DNA of 33,438 nucleotides from Bugula neritina (Eukaryota > Animalia > Bryozoa): the NCBI GenBank assembly GCA_964035545.1, contig CAXIUT010000143.1:1-33438 (forward strand). Reading direction: 5' to 3'. Under the pieces are notes generated by a model. It searched no databases and had not been told where the DNA came from. It was given only the letters and a program-made list of their open reading frames with translations. Position 1 is the first letter of the stretch, and every line of letters starts with the position of its first letter. This document shows, piece by piece, positions 1 to 11,995 of the stretch. The position numbers and the translations under genes were made by a program.

Positions 1-81
1 CCCAACCCCAACCCCAACCCCAACCCCAACCCCAACCCCAACCCCAACCCCAACCCCAACCCCAACCCCAACCCCAACCCC
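1..81 (+). repeat. Terminal telomere (CCCCAA)n, left end of a macronuclear chromosome
   Basis: Perfect C4A2 array at the window start, followed by about 490 bp of AT-rich gene-free subtelomere. C4A2/G4T2 is the Tetrahymena-type oligohymenophorean repeat. Confidence 0.95.
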
Positions 82-567
82 TTATTTATAGTTAATTTAT
101 TCTTATTAATACTTATTTATTTTATGATATTAGATATAATTTGTATTTATATTGTTGATTTCTTAATTTTGGTAGTTTGAAAAATCTGATGAGGTGTTAA
201 ATATAAAATATTCATCTTATTTCGATAGAAAATATCTTTTAAGCAGATTTTAAGTTTAAAATAATAATTAAATAGCTTAAGTTATGTTTTTTTGGCATTT
301 ATTTGATTATTTTTGATAAATAGAAATAATTTAAAAGTTATAAATTATGACTAAACCTCTTTTTTATACCTAATAATGATATTTGAAGGGCCTTGTTTTT
401 ACTTTATTTAGTTTATTTAATCTCTTATTTCTCAATAAAGGTTTCAATTAATGTTAAAATCAATAAAATTATTTATAATTACGACATTTTTCAATAGATT
501 TTGACAAAAGTGAATCCATAGAATAGATTTAGTTTGATAATTTTATTAATTATTAATTTTCAAAGAG

Positions 568-2344
568 ATGAATTTCAAACAATCTGTGAATATGGATTCA
601 TTAAAGATAGGTTAGAATTCTAAAATAATGAAAAAGTTAGACGCCGGTTGTAATCCTTTTCTTAGACAGAAATAATTTTGCTATCAGCCACCGTTATCAA
701 AATAAATCATGTATAAAAACATCAAGAAAGATCACTAATAGTAACAAGTAAAAATGTAATAAACATGGCCTCACCAAAATCCTACCTTCCCAATAGAATA
801 AAAAGAAAAATACCACTTTATAAAATAACAGGAATAACCTCTAGTCGATATGGAAACTAAGTTGTCCTTCATATAGATGAAGAAGATGACTACAGATTTA
901 TCACCATTAATCTTAAAATGAAATACATATAAATCATAATCAATGCAGTTGGAAAGGCCACCTACAAACCTCTTAACTTCTATGTCTATGATGACCTTTC
1001 ACTCTCTAGTCTGACCACCACTATCGTTGATGTCGGCAAAAATAGAAGAAAAACTCATGCCATCAGTCCCATCATCGTTGATGAACAATATCTAAAGGTA
1101 GTTCTATTTGATTATGCAGACAAATGTCCTATTGAAACCTTAATCTAAAATAGTTTTTAAAAATTAAAGCAGTGATAATGTTAAGAATTTTTAAGAGTTC
1201 AATATAATAAAAGTTCTAGGAAGAGGAGCTTTTGGTAAGGTAATGCTTTGCTAACATTAAAAGACTAAAAAGTTTTATGCAGTCAAATCAATGAGAAAAG
1301 AAGATTTAGTCGATCATGCTACCATGAGAAGAACCAAAACTTAAAGGTTTCTTCTATAAAAAGGTAAAAAGGATATAAATCAGTAAACCATCCTTTCCTT
1401 GTTAAAATGCAATATGCTTTTCAAACCCGTTAGAAAATATTTTTAGTCATGAACTTCTATAGAGGAGGATAAATGTTTTCTAGAATACAAAAATAAAAAT
1501 ATCTCAGCTAAAATAGAACCAAGTTCTATGCAGCTCAAATCTTCCTGGCCATTGAACATTTGCATTAATTGGGATTTGCTTATAGAGACCTAAAACCATA
1601 AAATATTCTATTTGATAGCAATGGATATTTGAAGTTATCTGACTACGGCTTAGCTGTTTAGTTGAAAAAAGGATAAAAAACTAATTCTTTTATTGGAACA
1701 GCAAGCTATCTCAGTATTTAGTCATTTATTCAGGTCCATAAGTCATTCTAAACGAAGGACACAGTTTCACTGTAGACTGGTGGACCTTAGGTGTACTGAT
1801 ATATGAAATGCTATTTGGAGTTCCTCCATTTTTTAGTAGATATCAGAGCTAAATGTTCCAAAAAATAGTAAATCGATAAATTTAATTTCCTAAATAGCCA
1901 AAAATAAGTCCAGAATGCTAGAATATAATAAAAAGACTTCTCAGCAAATATCCTCAAAAACGTTTAGGTTACAATAGTTCTTAATAAATTAAATAGCATA
2001 AGTGGTTTAGAGATATTGACTGGGAAGCATTGCTTGCAAAAAAAGTAAAAATATAAATAATTAAGATTCAGCCATAATTTGTTCCCCAAGCTGTATCTGA
2101 CAGTGATGTCAGTTATTTTATGGATTAGTTTACTAGCTAGAAGCCAGTTGATACTATTGTCAACTTAGATAGTAAGCTTATCAATAGAATGAATAAATAG
2201 TTCAAAGACTTTAATTTTTAAAGAGGATTTTCAGAAGAGTAAATATAAAAAAAAGAATAAAGACCCTTTTCTCTAACAGATATCGCACACGTCTAAAAAG
2301 TATAATCTAGCCACACATCTCCTAGCTTCATAAAAAAACTATGA
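568..2344 (+). CDS. AGC-family Ser/Thr kinase (PKB/S6K/SGK-like) with N-terminal PH-like region
   Basis: With TAR=Glu: [64 protein letters not shown]-tail FMDEFTSE and FKDFNF. Introns 650-669, 1098-1119, 1364-1383, 1714-1733, 2045-2065; spliced length is divisible by 3. Confidence 0.93.
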
Positions 2345-2388
2345 ATTATCCTTTTTAAACAATAATCATTAATAATTATCAACCATAA

Positions 2389-2957
2389 TCATTTTTATTC
2401 TATTTTTTTTTGAACAATTTTCATTTGCTCTCTTTGCACCTCTTCTTTTACTTCACTGTTGCCTTTTTAAGCAAAATTATGTAGATTCAGCCATTTTTGT
2501 TCCTACTCAGTCAACTTAGCCCCTGCCTCCTCGATCGCAACTATCATCTTCTTTTTGGTGCCTACGTATTCTCCTTAACTAATGCTTTTCATATTGTATC
2601 TATGATCGAGATCTTTAACCTTGTTTCTTGTTCCTCTGACTTGCTCTTCAAGTAGTTTTCCCACCACTTCTTCCTTGTTAAACTCAGATTTAAAAGCTTC
2701 AAATATTGATCTTTTTGTTTTTTATATCTAAGATTAAAAAACTGAGTTATTAGGGTCTTTCAGCATATTGTTAAGAGAACTTTGAAAAGTATTTAATTCT
2801 GAGATTGTTTCCTGTTTGAGCTAGCTGTACTCTTCTTCAGTTAAATCCTCCTTGTTTTATTCAAGCTCTTTCAACTGATCGAGCAATCTTGATACAGGAC
2901 TTGATACCTTTTGGTTTGTTGCTGCAAATTGTGAATCATTTGTTGACTATTACTCAT
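2389..2957 (-). CDS. LZIC: LZIC-like protein (leucine zipper / ICAT-homologous)
   Basis: MSNSQQMIHNLQQQTKRLLDQLKELEENKEDLTEEEYSELKQETISELNTFQSSL...GAKLTEEEQKWL resembles LZIC over its whole length; 20-nt intron 2888-2907. Confidence 0.75.
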
Positions 2958-3028
2958 AAATGCTATCGATTATATTTAACTCAATTATGTAGTTAAAAAA
3001 TACAATATAACTTCAAATCAGATTCATA

Positions 3029-3496
3029 TCAATAAACTATCGTCCTTAGTTCTTTGTTTCTTTTGAATAGATCAAGTTTTCTTCCTTCTTTGTTATTTCC
3101 TCTACTAGTCAAAAACTTATCTCTTTTCCATGCTGTTGAGGTCTGTTGGAAAAGTGATACTGGGTCTTTTCTTTTTCTTTTAGTTGTTGTATTATTTCTT
3201 ATTTTAACTGTTAAATTTGTAGTTAATTCTTTATTGGGATGTCTTTCAGTAAGATTCTTTTTGCTATAAACTCCAGAAGCATTAGAATGTTTTTTTTATT
3301 TTAGTTTAGGTCTCAAACAAACTGCTTCTTCATCTTCAAGGTCTTGAGAAACATCTAACTTCAAATTCTTATCTTGGAAACGATCAAATTTAGGTTTGGA
3401 ATCAAAAACTTCTGATTTAGGATATTGTTTAGGTACTATCAACTAATCTTCTTCTTCTTATGAAGAACTGAAGTAGTTTTTCTTTTTACTTGACAT
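3029..3496 (-). CDS. Small basic protein with a possible HYLS1-like C-terminal motif (basal body)
   Basis: Intronless ATG-to-TGA frame of 155 aa; KRKDPVSLFQQTSTAWKRDKFL...KEGRKLDL resembles the HYLS1_C DPV..W motif. Confidence 0.55.
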
Positions 3497-3647
3497 TTAA
3501 CTAACTTTATATTTAACAGAACATTTAAAATAATCAATATCTGTCATCTTTTCATTAACATTTATTTATTATCGCTAGTTTTAAAGAAATATGCTTTTAA
3601 TATTGTTGTCATTTAAATTTTCCTTCTTATAATATCAATTAACGTTT

Positions 3648-4135
3648 ATGTATAGGAAGTAGTAAGGTAGAAGTGATCGCTATGACTCAGCTCGCAATAA
3701 CAAATTCGTAGATCATGTTTCTAAATAAATGCCCATGCGTTCTTCTAAACAAAAAAACGTATCTTCCTTTTAACTCAGAGTCGTATCTTTTCTAATTCAA
3801 ATAAAACAGGTCCTAACCATCTAAATGCCTCAGATATCTACTCACAACCACAAATATTATCTCAGCCTCAAGTGCCTAAATCTAGAAGAGGAACCAGTAT
3901 CATGAGAAACAGTTCAAAGTCAAAATATACGGATAGTATGGGAAAATTCAGAAAAGATTTTATCAAGGATGGTTTTGCTAACTTTGACTATGAAGGCAAC
4001 TCAAAAAGAAATATTAAACAAGAGCCCTAAGCAAGCAATGCTATCAATTTTGATTAAGAGATAGGAGTTTAATAATTGCACTATAAAATGGTCAGATTAC
4101 ATCAAAATGTCAGAAAAATGCAATATGATACCTGA
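3648..4135 (+). CDS. Hypothetical protein
   Basis: ATG-to-TGA frame restored by 20-nt intron 3759-3778; ends EIGVEELHYKMVRLHQNVRKMQYDT. Confidence 0.65.
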
Positions 4136-4180
4136 TAATCTTAAATAGCTATCCAAACCTATCAAATTAAATTAATAGAC

Positions 4181-4307
4181 AATATATATTTGATAAACAG
4201 CTAATATATATTTGATAAACAGCTAATATATATTTGATAAACAGCTAATATATATTTGATAAACAGCTAATATATATTTGATAAACAGCTAATATATATT
4301 TGATAAA
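4181..4307. repeat. 22-bp minisatellite (AATATATATTTGATAAACAGCT) x~5.8
   Basis: Perfect head-to-tail copies without spacers, in the intergenic gap. Confidence 0.95.
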
Positions 4308-4403
4308 AGTCAAAAAGGGTAAAAGTGTCAATACTTTCCAACCCCATGATTTAGTCTAGAATTTTAATTAATACTTTGAATACTCTATTGTATAATCAAT
4401 CTG

Positions 4404-5449
4404 ATGCACTTTCTAAACGTTTAGAGCCTGCAAGAGGCCATAGCTCACCACGAAAACTTTCAAAACTAAATCAAAATCACCAGAATAAACAAGTAACTCA
4501 CAAGACTCCAAACCTTCCAGAACGAACAAGTCACCATCACAGACTATTATCTTTCCAACTATGGCCTTTCTATCAATGTACTTCTCTAGCTATATAGATC
4601 AAAGTCCACCTTGAAAATAGAATTTACAGCTTTGAAGTCTTTCTTGATTTCTAATTTCCCTTCAATAGGCCTCAAATTTTCTATATTAGCGATAATAATT
4701 CCCATGCTTTTTGTCAAGATCTCTTAGACACCTTCCTTGAAAACAAAGTTTGGAGACCAGTGATGGTCCTAGTTGAAATAATTCAACAACTACCTCTTCT
4801 TTCTTAATACATAAGAAATGACAGTCCTAATTTGATAGCAACTTATCATATTGGAGAACCATATGAAGAAGAACTCCTTATTGCGCATAAAGTATCATTA
4901 TTTCGGGTTGAAGAATATCAATGGAAATACATGATCAAAAGCACATCCGAAAAAGTAATAGGACTAAATCCATAAACTTTACTTATTTTTACTTCTTAAA
5001 AAAACACTTTAAAACTTGAATCAGCTATCCCGATAAAGTAACTAAAAGAAGCAAATGCAAAAGTATAAAAAGAAAGATTCAGTTTAGATATTGTTAGTAA
5101 CTTTAGATAAGGTAAGAAAGTATATTACTTTGGAGGATTATAATCAGATCTTCAAAAGATATTATACTTTATGAATCCAATTCAAGTGATAGAAAATAAT
5201 CTCTACAAGTCAGCTGAAAGGAAATATAATGGAGATAATGTTAAAGAAGTAATTCAACAGTATTCTCAATTAATCTAGCATTATTCTTTAAAAGATGCTT
5301 AAAAGATGAAAAAATATGTCAAAATAGTTCAATCTCTTATCAAAAATAACTATCAGCACTAATAATCCAAGTAGAGGTTGTAAGAAGACCACAAGGATAA
5401 AATTCCAGTCTAAAAACTTCAATAAACTGATGAATATCAACAAAAATGA
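4404..5449 (+). CDS. UBC/UEV-like fold protein with C-terminal extension
   Basis: RINKELTRLQ...YSFEVFLDFEFPFNRPQI...QDLLDTFLENKVWRPVMVLVEIIQQLP matches E2-fold hallmarks (RxxKE, FPxxxP, WxP); 20-nt intron 4578-4597. Confidence 0.7.
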
Positions 5450-5500
5450 TAAAGCCTTTTATTCTCATCTTTATTGTAGAAATATCAACTATTCCATAAT

Positions 5501-6244
5501 TCATTTCATAAATGTTATACACTCCTGAAGTTTACTCTTATTGTTAAAAACCTTTTTACCTTTAGGATTGCAACAACTCATATTTTTTGTATACCTTCTT
5601 GTCATCCCCATCATCCTTCCCTTCCTATGATTCTCTACCTCTCTCTCAGAAATCCACCCCGTCTAGTTCTGCTCTTTCGCAAGAAAAGGATATATAAATG
5701 AGTCATCTGTACTCTTTTCTCTTTTCTTTTAAACATTTTTAATTAAACTTATTGGAGACACTATCTTTTTAAGCATCGGCAAACTGCTATTTCCAGGCTA
5801 GTTAATACTAGATGAAGAATTTTGATGGATAAAACTCGGTACTGGCAATTTTAAATTAACTCTCTTTGGAGATATCTGAGAAGGCTGAGCTGTCAACTTT
5901 TATTCATATCTTTTTAGTGTGTATACTGGTAGTTTATCATACTTTTAAAAGTTAGTTGCTTCTTATTAATTCAGAGGATCCAGCAAATAAGTATACCTGT
6001 ACGATTTCTCTTTTGACTTGTCTTTGAGATAGGAAAGCAGTCTTTTTTTGCCAGTTTTTTTTTCTTCTTCCATATCATTAGTCCACTAAGATATTCCTTC
6101 ATCTTTTGTTTTTCCTATATAAAAGCTTTTCTTAGTAGTGTTATGATACAGCCAACGGATGTGATTCAGTTCTTCCTGCTCCTCGACCTGACTTAATTAT
6201 TTATTAATTTATTACTCACAATATTTCATATTATTATTACTCAT
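5501..6244 (-). CDS. Hypothetical protein (247 aa)
   Basis: Uninterrupted ATG-to-TGA frame under TAR=Glu that fills the gap between neighbours; no recognised motif. Confidence 0.6.
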
Positions 6245-6274
6245 ATAACATCATCTAGGACTCAAATTGCATCT

Positions 6275-9200
6275 TCACTTCTGACCAGATATTTTAGGCA
6301 ACTTTATGCTTCCCTTAGCTTTAACCTGTCGTTAAGCCAACTCAATCATCCTCAAAGCCTTAGAATCTTTCTCATTCAGGCTTTTTAAAGCTGCTCCCAA
6401 ACGATATAATGGACTAGTCAAACTCTTTTAAGAAGATCTTTCTATTGCATTTTTTTATTTGACTTTATTAATTGCATATTTAGAAGCGTAGAGGCTACTA
6501 GTTGAAGCATTATGAAATTTATGTTGAGAATTAGCCTTTATTATTTGGGATTGTTAGTCTTCTTCTTTGTTTCTCTACCATCTTTGCTGTAGCTAGACAG
6601 CTTTGTTCAAGTTGAAATCTCTGTTAGAATTATTTTTAACAAGCATCAACTTTTTTGGCTCCTTCTAAAAATTTTGAATACTATCAAGAAGAGCCATCGT
6701 CATTTCTATTGTCTTCCGACTTTCTTCTGCGATTTTTGGATGGAACTTCCAATCTGGGTTAGAAAAAATGTCAATTCTATCATGATAAGGTTCAACCAGA
6801 TTTAAATAAAAAGTTGGATCGAACAATCGTTTGATGTGTTCTTCTTTGGAGTTGGCATTAACAGGTACACTGGTATCTAGAGACTTGATATAGACTGAAT
6901 CATTGTCTTAGTCGAGAAAGAGGATGGGAGGGTTTTGACATTAATGTTGTTTTTAGTTCAATTCAGCTACTTGATTACCATTTTAGCAAGCAATTAGTAG
7001 TATTCTGTTAGCTCCAGAAAGAGCTATAATGACATCTTAACTTTCTATCAAATAAATATCTCTAATGCTCTATCCGAAGTTATTTTTCCAAATATGTCTA
7101 ATAATATGTGTATTTTAATGATCTTCAGCTCCCTATGTGATAATTTATTCATTAAGCCAAAAACAAAGAATTTATCCATTTTAGAATCCAATATAGCAAC
7201 GTTTATTTTTGTGACTCATAGCTACGCTATTTATTTTAACATTTTATTGTTAGCTAACTAAGTGACAAGAAGGTTTAAATTTTTTAACGTGAGGGGGAAG
7301 ATACAATCCAAAAACTTAGGCCTTTTTACTAAACGACAACAAAATCATTTCTTACTAGAAGGCAATAAACTTTTATATTTATCCAGCTTTAGTTTAGCAC
7401 TGACTAATCATTTTGTTTTTATCGATATCCATAAAAAATATTTATCCTGTATTTGTTCCAATGATAAGAGTATTTCTTTTATGTTGATAGTATAAACAGG
7501 TCATGTTAGCGTTTTGAGATAGTTTTCTTATAGATATATTTCTAAAATGAGTAAAATCTCCATTAGAATCTTTCTAGAAGATAGCCACATCGCCATCAGC
7601 TGAAGCACTAAATATCATCTTGCCCTATCTCAACTCCTAAACCAACACAAAGGTCACATTCAACTTATGCTTATACAACTTCTTCACCAAAACACCATTG
7701 TCCAACTTCCTTAAATACAAATTACCCTCCACATCTCCTAGTACTCCCAATCGACTTGTCACAAACATGTCAAAAGCACTGATCTCCCCAGGTATCTGAT
7801 TTCTCAAAGTATTAGCAATACTTCCTGTCAAAAGATCCCAAGCTACGATATGATTCTTAATAGGAGTAAACAAAACAAAAGAAGCAGGATGGTACTTCAG
7901 GCCCAAAGCACTAGAATCATTGACAACATTAGCATCTATGTGAATATATTAATATGCAATAACTCCAAAACCACCAAAAAAGTATCTCAAAGGACTAGCA
8001 TTGGACACCATACAGATAGGTTATATTTTTTGTTAGTGTTTATCAATTGAAAAAGAGCTAACTAGTGAAAACTTATTAATCTATCTAATTTTGATATTAG
8101 ATTCAACATCTAAGGCGATAAGCAAGTTAGTATCTGGAATGATATCTAGTTGTATAAAATTGACATTGCTTATTATTTTGTGAATCAAACTTTGAATATA
8201 AGGGTTCCATACACAGATAGAGTGGTCATAAGCCGAAGTAAACAATAAAATCAAACCTTCATGAAATGCCATACTAGATATTGAACGAGTATGCTCCTTG
8301 TATTTGAATTTTTTAGTTTGAGATATCGTATCCCAAAGAATCAGCTTGCCATCGTATCCTCCAGTAGCCAAAAATTGTAACTTAGGCATCATTATCATCG
8401 ACGATATCATCTAAGTATGGCCATCAGGATCATGCAACTATCTCTATGAGTCAGTTTTAACCATCCACTGATAAATCACAGGAGCTTTCCCGCAACAATA
8501 AAGTATTTAGTTGACGTTGTCCCAAGCCATAGTATGAATCTCATTAGGAAACTGATGATGCATCTTTTAGTCTTCATTTTCAGGCTGTCTAGCTAAAGAA
8601 GGTATATTCGATGATATGTCCCAACCTCGGATCATGAAATCTGTACTACTAGTAATCAACATATCATATTTGTTGTCATTGATATATATCATATCCAGTA
8701 TTAGGGGTTGGGGTTGGGGTTGGGGTTGGGGTTGGGGTTGGGGTTGGGGTTGGGGTTGGGTTGGGGTTGGGGCTATCGAAGTACTCACTGATAAAGATTG
8801 ATGGCTCAATATCAATGTCTTCATGCTCGCCTGAGAACCATCAGTATTATAAAAATTAATTTCATTTGACTCTTAAGTAAATAATGCTATTTTATTGCCT
8901 ACATTTACCATCTTCTGAACCTGGCTTCCATGCTTATTCATTGTTCCATTTAAAGTTAGTTGCTTCATAAGAGCAGTATTCCCAGGCTACTGATTACGCA
9001 AACTTTTAAGATTAAGTCCTTTCTCTATTAACATGCTATTAAACTGATTCCAAGTGATAAAGCCCTTGCCATTGGAGTCAGCTTCTTGAAACAACCTATT
9101 CAAACTATGATGAATCTTCTCGTTTCTATATTTGAGGTCTTTTTGCCAGGATTTAAGGTGTTTCAAGCCTTGAGCAATAAACTCTTTCTGGGAAAGTTGG

Positions 9201-9286
9201 TTATCATAACGCTAAAATGCATCTTTGAAGAATCCTAAGATATACTTATCTATGTTAATAGCTAGGTTTGTAGTTAGTTTATCCAT
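6275..9286 (-). CDS. EF-hand + WD40-repeat protein (WDR49/EFCAB8-like architecture) containing an in-frame telomeric tract
   Basis: N-terminal LFQEADSNGKGFITWNQF EF-hand; WD repeats (LITSSTDFMIRGWD, LATGGYDGKLILWD, LFTSAYDHSICVWNP). Track ORFs 8567-8824, 8081-8410 and 7637-7906 share one frame with ATG 9286 and TGA 6275. Confidence 0.85.
8704..8772 (+). repeat. Interstitial telomeric tract (GGGGTT)n, 69 bp, with one GGGTT variant unit
   Basis: Nine full units + GGGTT + one unit + GGGG, lying inside the WD40 CDS. Confidence 0.95.
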
Positions 9287-9419
9287 TTAGTGATTGATTT
9301 TACTAAAAGAAGAGCGAGGAGAGTAGATAGGAGTATAACAAGCCTATTTGGGAAGATCTATGTAGTTCATCAAAGTTATATTATTCCAAATATGCTATCT
9401 AAGTTATATTATTCCAGAT

Positions 9420-9482
9420 GGGGTTGGGGTTGGGGTTGGGGTTGGGGTTGGGGTTGGGGTTGGGGTTGGGGTTGGGGTTGGG
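9420..9482 (+). repeat. Interstitial telomeric tract (GGGGTT)n
   Basis: About 10.5 perfect units in the divergent intergenic region between the WD40 and PIP5K genes. Confidence 0.95.
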
Positions 9483-9546
9483 AATAAAGGGTTATTTTGT
9501 ATGAATAGACTCTTTTGTAGTTTCTAAGTTATAATCGTTCAGAATT

Positions 9547-11907
9547 ATGAATTGCTTTACAGGCTGCTTTTCGAAGCACCACAACAATCAATAAAAAATA
9601 ATTATCAACAGGCTTACCAACTTGCCCATGAACTTCACCTCCAACGAAATCAATTAACTTGAAAAAAGGTATCTCTCTTTCTATCAAGATTTATGAAAGT
9701 TTCCAACAACAACAAATAAATCACACTCAATATTTTCAAAAAAAATATGGGAATTCTAGGACTTCATTGTTCTCAAGAGTTTTCATAACGACTCTTTAAC
9801 GCCTTTGACCTTGACAATGATAACAAAGTACTTTTTGATCTATCTAGATTGATTTCAGGGACTTTGTCTAGTATATGTACATTCTGAAAGGCAATAATGA
9901 CAGTCACAAAGCTAGAATATCTTTCAAAATGATCGTCCCTCCTAAAACATCCATCATCACAAAAGACATTTTCAAGAAATTTTTAAGTGACTTTTTTGTT
10001 TCTTGGTCTTTCGTCACCAACATCGACATCACTGAAGATATGACTGAAAGAACCAATAAATATATAGATTTCCTATTTAAAAAGGTATAAAAAGATACAG
10101 GAAAACCATAAATCAATCTTAAATACTATATCACCACTCTCTACAAGGATAAAGACTATATGGAATCATTTTAATTCATCACACATGGAATGGCAGATAT
10201 TTTTATCAGCTAAAAAAGCAACGATCCAGAAACAGTTCTCTTCAAAATCATAAAACAACTTCATTAAATAAAATAAACTGTTTTCTAAATGAGCAACGAT
10301 TAATCTTATCTCTACTAGCCAGTTAGATTTTAGTAGAATCCTCATACTCTACCAACATTTGAAGCTCCTTTGTTCAAAAAACCAAAAAATAATAAAACAG
10401 AACAAGCTAAATACAGAAAATAAAATAATTATACTTTCACTAAAACACACAAAACTTTCTTTTCAAATGTTACCGATTAAAGACAAAGAGTGTTTGAACC
10501 TAGTGATACTCATTCAGGAACGAAATCAAATAATATTTTTTATTAAGAAAAAAAATGGTAAGCTAAATAGCTACTTGAAAACAGCAAGATAGCAGCTTTA
10601 GAAAAAAAACTTAAATTTATAGATTAAAAAATAGATAAGATTGTGCAGTAGACAAAAGTAATGTACGAATCAATGAAAGCTAAGTTTTAAAAGAAAAAAG
10701 AATTTAAAAGTAGAGGTGGATAGGCAGCTCAAAATGTCCATAAAAGAATTAGAACTTAAGGTGATATGGTATTCATTGGCGATTAAAATTGGAATCTTGT
10801 TCTAAATATGATGATAGGCATCCAAATGGCTGTCAGAAGTATCAAAGGACTCCAATAAATTATATGCGAATAGCCTAAAGATTTCGGATTAAAGTATAAC
10901 TTTGAGTTAATTCCTAGAAAATTTGGAAATTAAAACTCAAATTCTACCATCTATTCGTTCACTGACTATGCTCCAAACACATTCAACCACATCAGAAAAA
11001 CATTTAATATTGATAATGAATAGTATATCAATAGTATCGGTCCAAGTAAACTGATGGCTTCTCTCATGATGGGTGAAGTCAGCTCAATGACCTCACTAAC
11101 CAGTCAAGGAAAAAGTGGATCTTTCTTCTACTACACAGCAGATGGCAAATATACACTCAAAACTATTCAACATCGATAATACAAATTTTTGAGATCCATT
11201 CTTGAAGATTACTATTACTACATCAAGAAAAATCCCAATACTCTCATAACTAAATTTTTTGGACTTCATAAACTCATATAAAAAAATTAGAATGGAATAG
11301 AAACAGGTAGAAGCTACTTCATCATCATGGCCAATGTCTTTAATACCAGGGAAAAAGTCATAGAAAGATATGATATTAAAGGCTCATGGTACGGAAGATA
11401 AACTAATGATACTGATCCTTTGGCGACAAAAAAAGATAACGACTTCAAAAAGAGATAACCTGTTCTCCTAGCTTAATAAGATAGAAAAAAACTCCTTTTG
11501 ACAATAAAGAAAGACGTGTAGTTCTTCGAGCAGCACTAAATAATCGATTATTCTCTTTTAGTAGGAGTTATAAAAAAATCTGATAACCTCAGTGACATCA
11601 GTGAAGGTCGATTCTAGTCAAGAATTTTCTAAGAAGGTCCTCCCTTCAGAGACAGTAACATTTACTTCGCAGATTTTTAAAGCTCAGAAGGATATATATT
11701 CGGTATAATCGATATTCTGACCCTTTACGAGTAAGAAATATTTTATTTAGTTCAAGAAAAGTTTTAGAATACTATTTTAAAAGACTTGTCTATGGCTAAG
11801 GCATCTCAGCAGTCCCACCAGAACAATATGCAGAACGATTCTACAACTTTATTTAGAAAAGCGTGTTTGTTTCAAATGAAATTCAAGATAAAAAACTATT
11901 ACGGTGA
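9547..11907 (+). CDS. Phosphatidylinositol-4-phosphate 5-kinase with N-terminal NCS/calcineurin-B-like EF-hand domain
   Basis: ERLFNAFDLDNDNKIDFRDFV; ENWNLVLNMMIGIQ; FTDYAPNTFNHIR; GKSGSFFYYTADGKYTLKTI; RYDIKGS; KKDNDF; IIDYSLLVG; FGIIDIL; ISAVPPEQYAERF. 20-nt introns 9669-9688, 9828-9847, 11731-11750. Confidence 0.93.
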
Positions 11908-11995
11908 GTGTTTATTATTTTTTATATGATTTATCTTAATAAGCTACAATAATTTTTATTGATTTTATTATTTTTTCCACAAAATAATAAAGAAA

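Noticed and set aside
82-567. Subtelomeric gene, RNA gene or chromosome-breakage motif
   Set aside because: Very AT-rich, with no recognisable ORF, tRNA/rRNA or Tetrahymena Cbs sequence.
568-2344. Standard ciliate code (TAR=Gln), or pseudogenes full of stops
   Set aside because: TAR aligns with invariant or catalytic Glu, and the motifs are otherwise intact.
3054-3269. Short hydrophobic track ORFs (3054, 7262, 14759, 16538, 22523, 27413, 33105 and similar)
   Set aside because: They are antisense or off-frame shadows of K/E-rich genes.
4181-4307. 22-bp repeats here and at 32317-32515 as CRISPR arrays
   Set aside because: The units are contiguous with no unique spacers, there are no cas genes, and the context is eukaryotic.
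8700-8776. Telomeric tract as a TA-bounded Paramecium-type IES
   Set aside because: TA dinucleotides do flank it, but TA is ubiquitous in this AT-rich DNA and there is no TAYAGYNR-like inverted end consensus.
9290-9487. Track ORFs with WG or PQ runs (8616-8801, 9290-9487, 15932-16135) as GW/Argonaute-hook or PQ proteins
   Set aside because: They are translations of telomeric DNA in intergenic or antisense positions. Only the minus-strand frame through 8704-8772 belongs to a real CDS.
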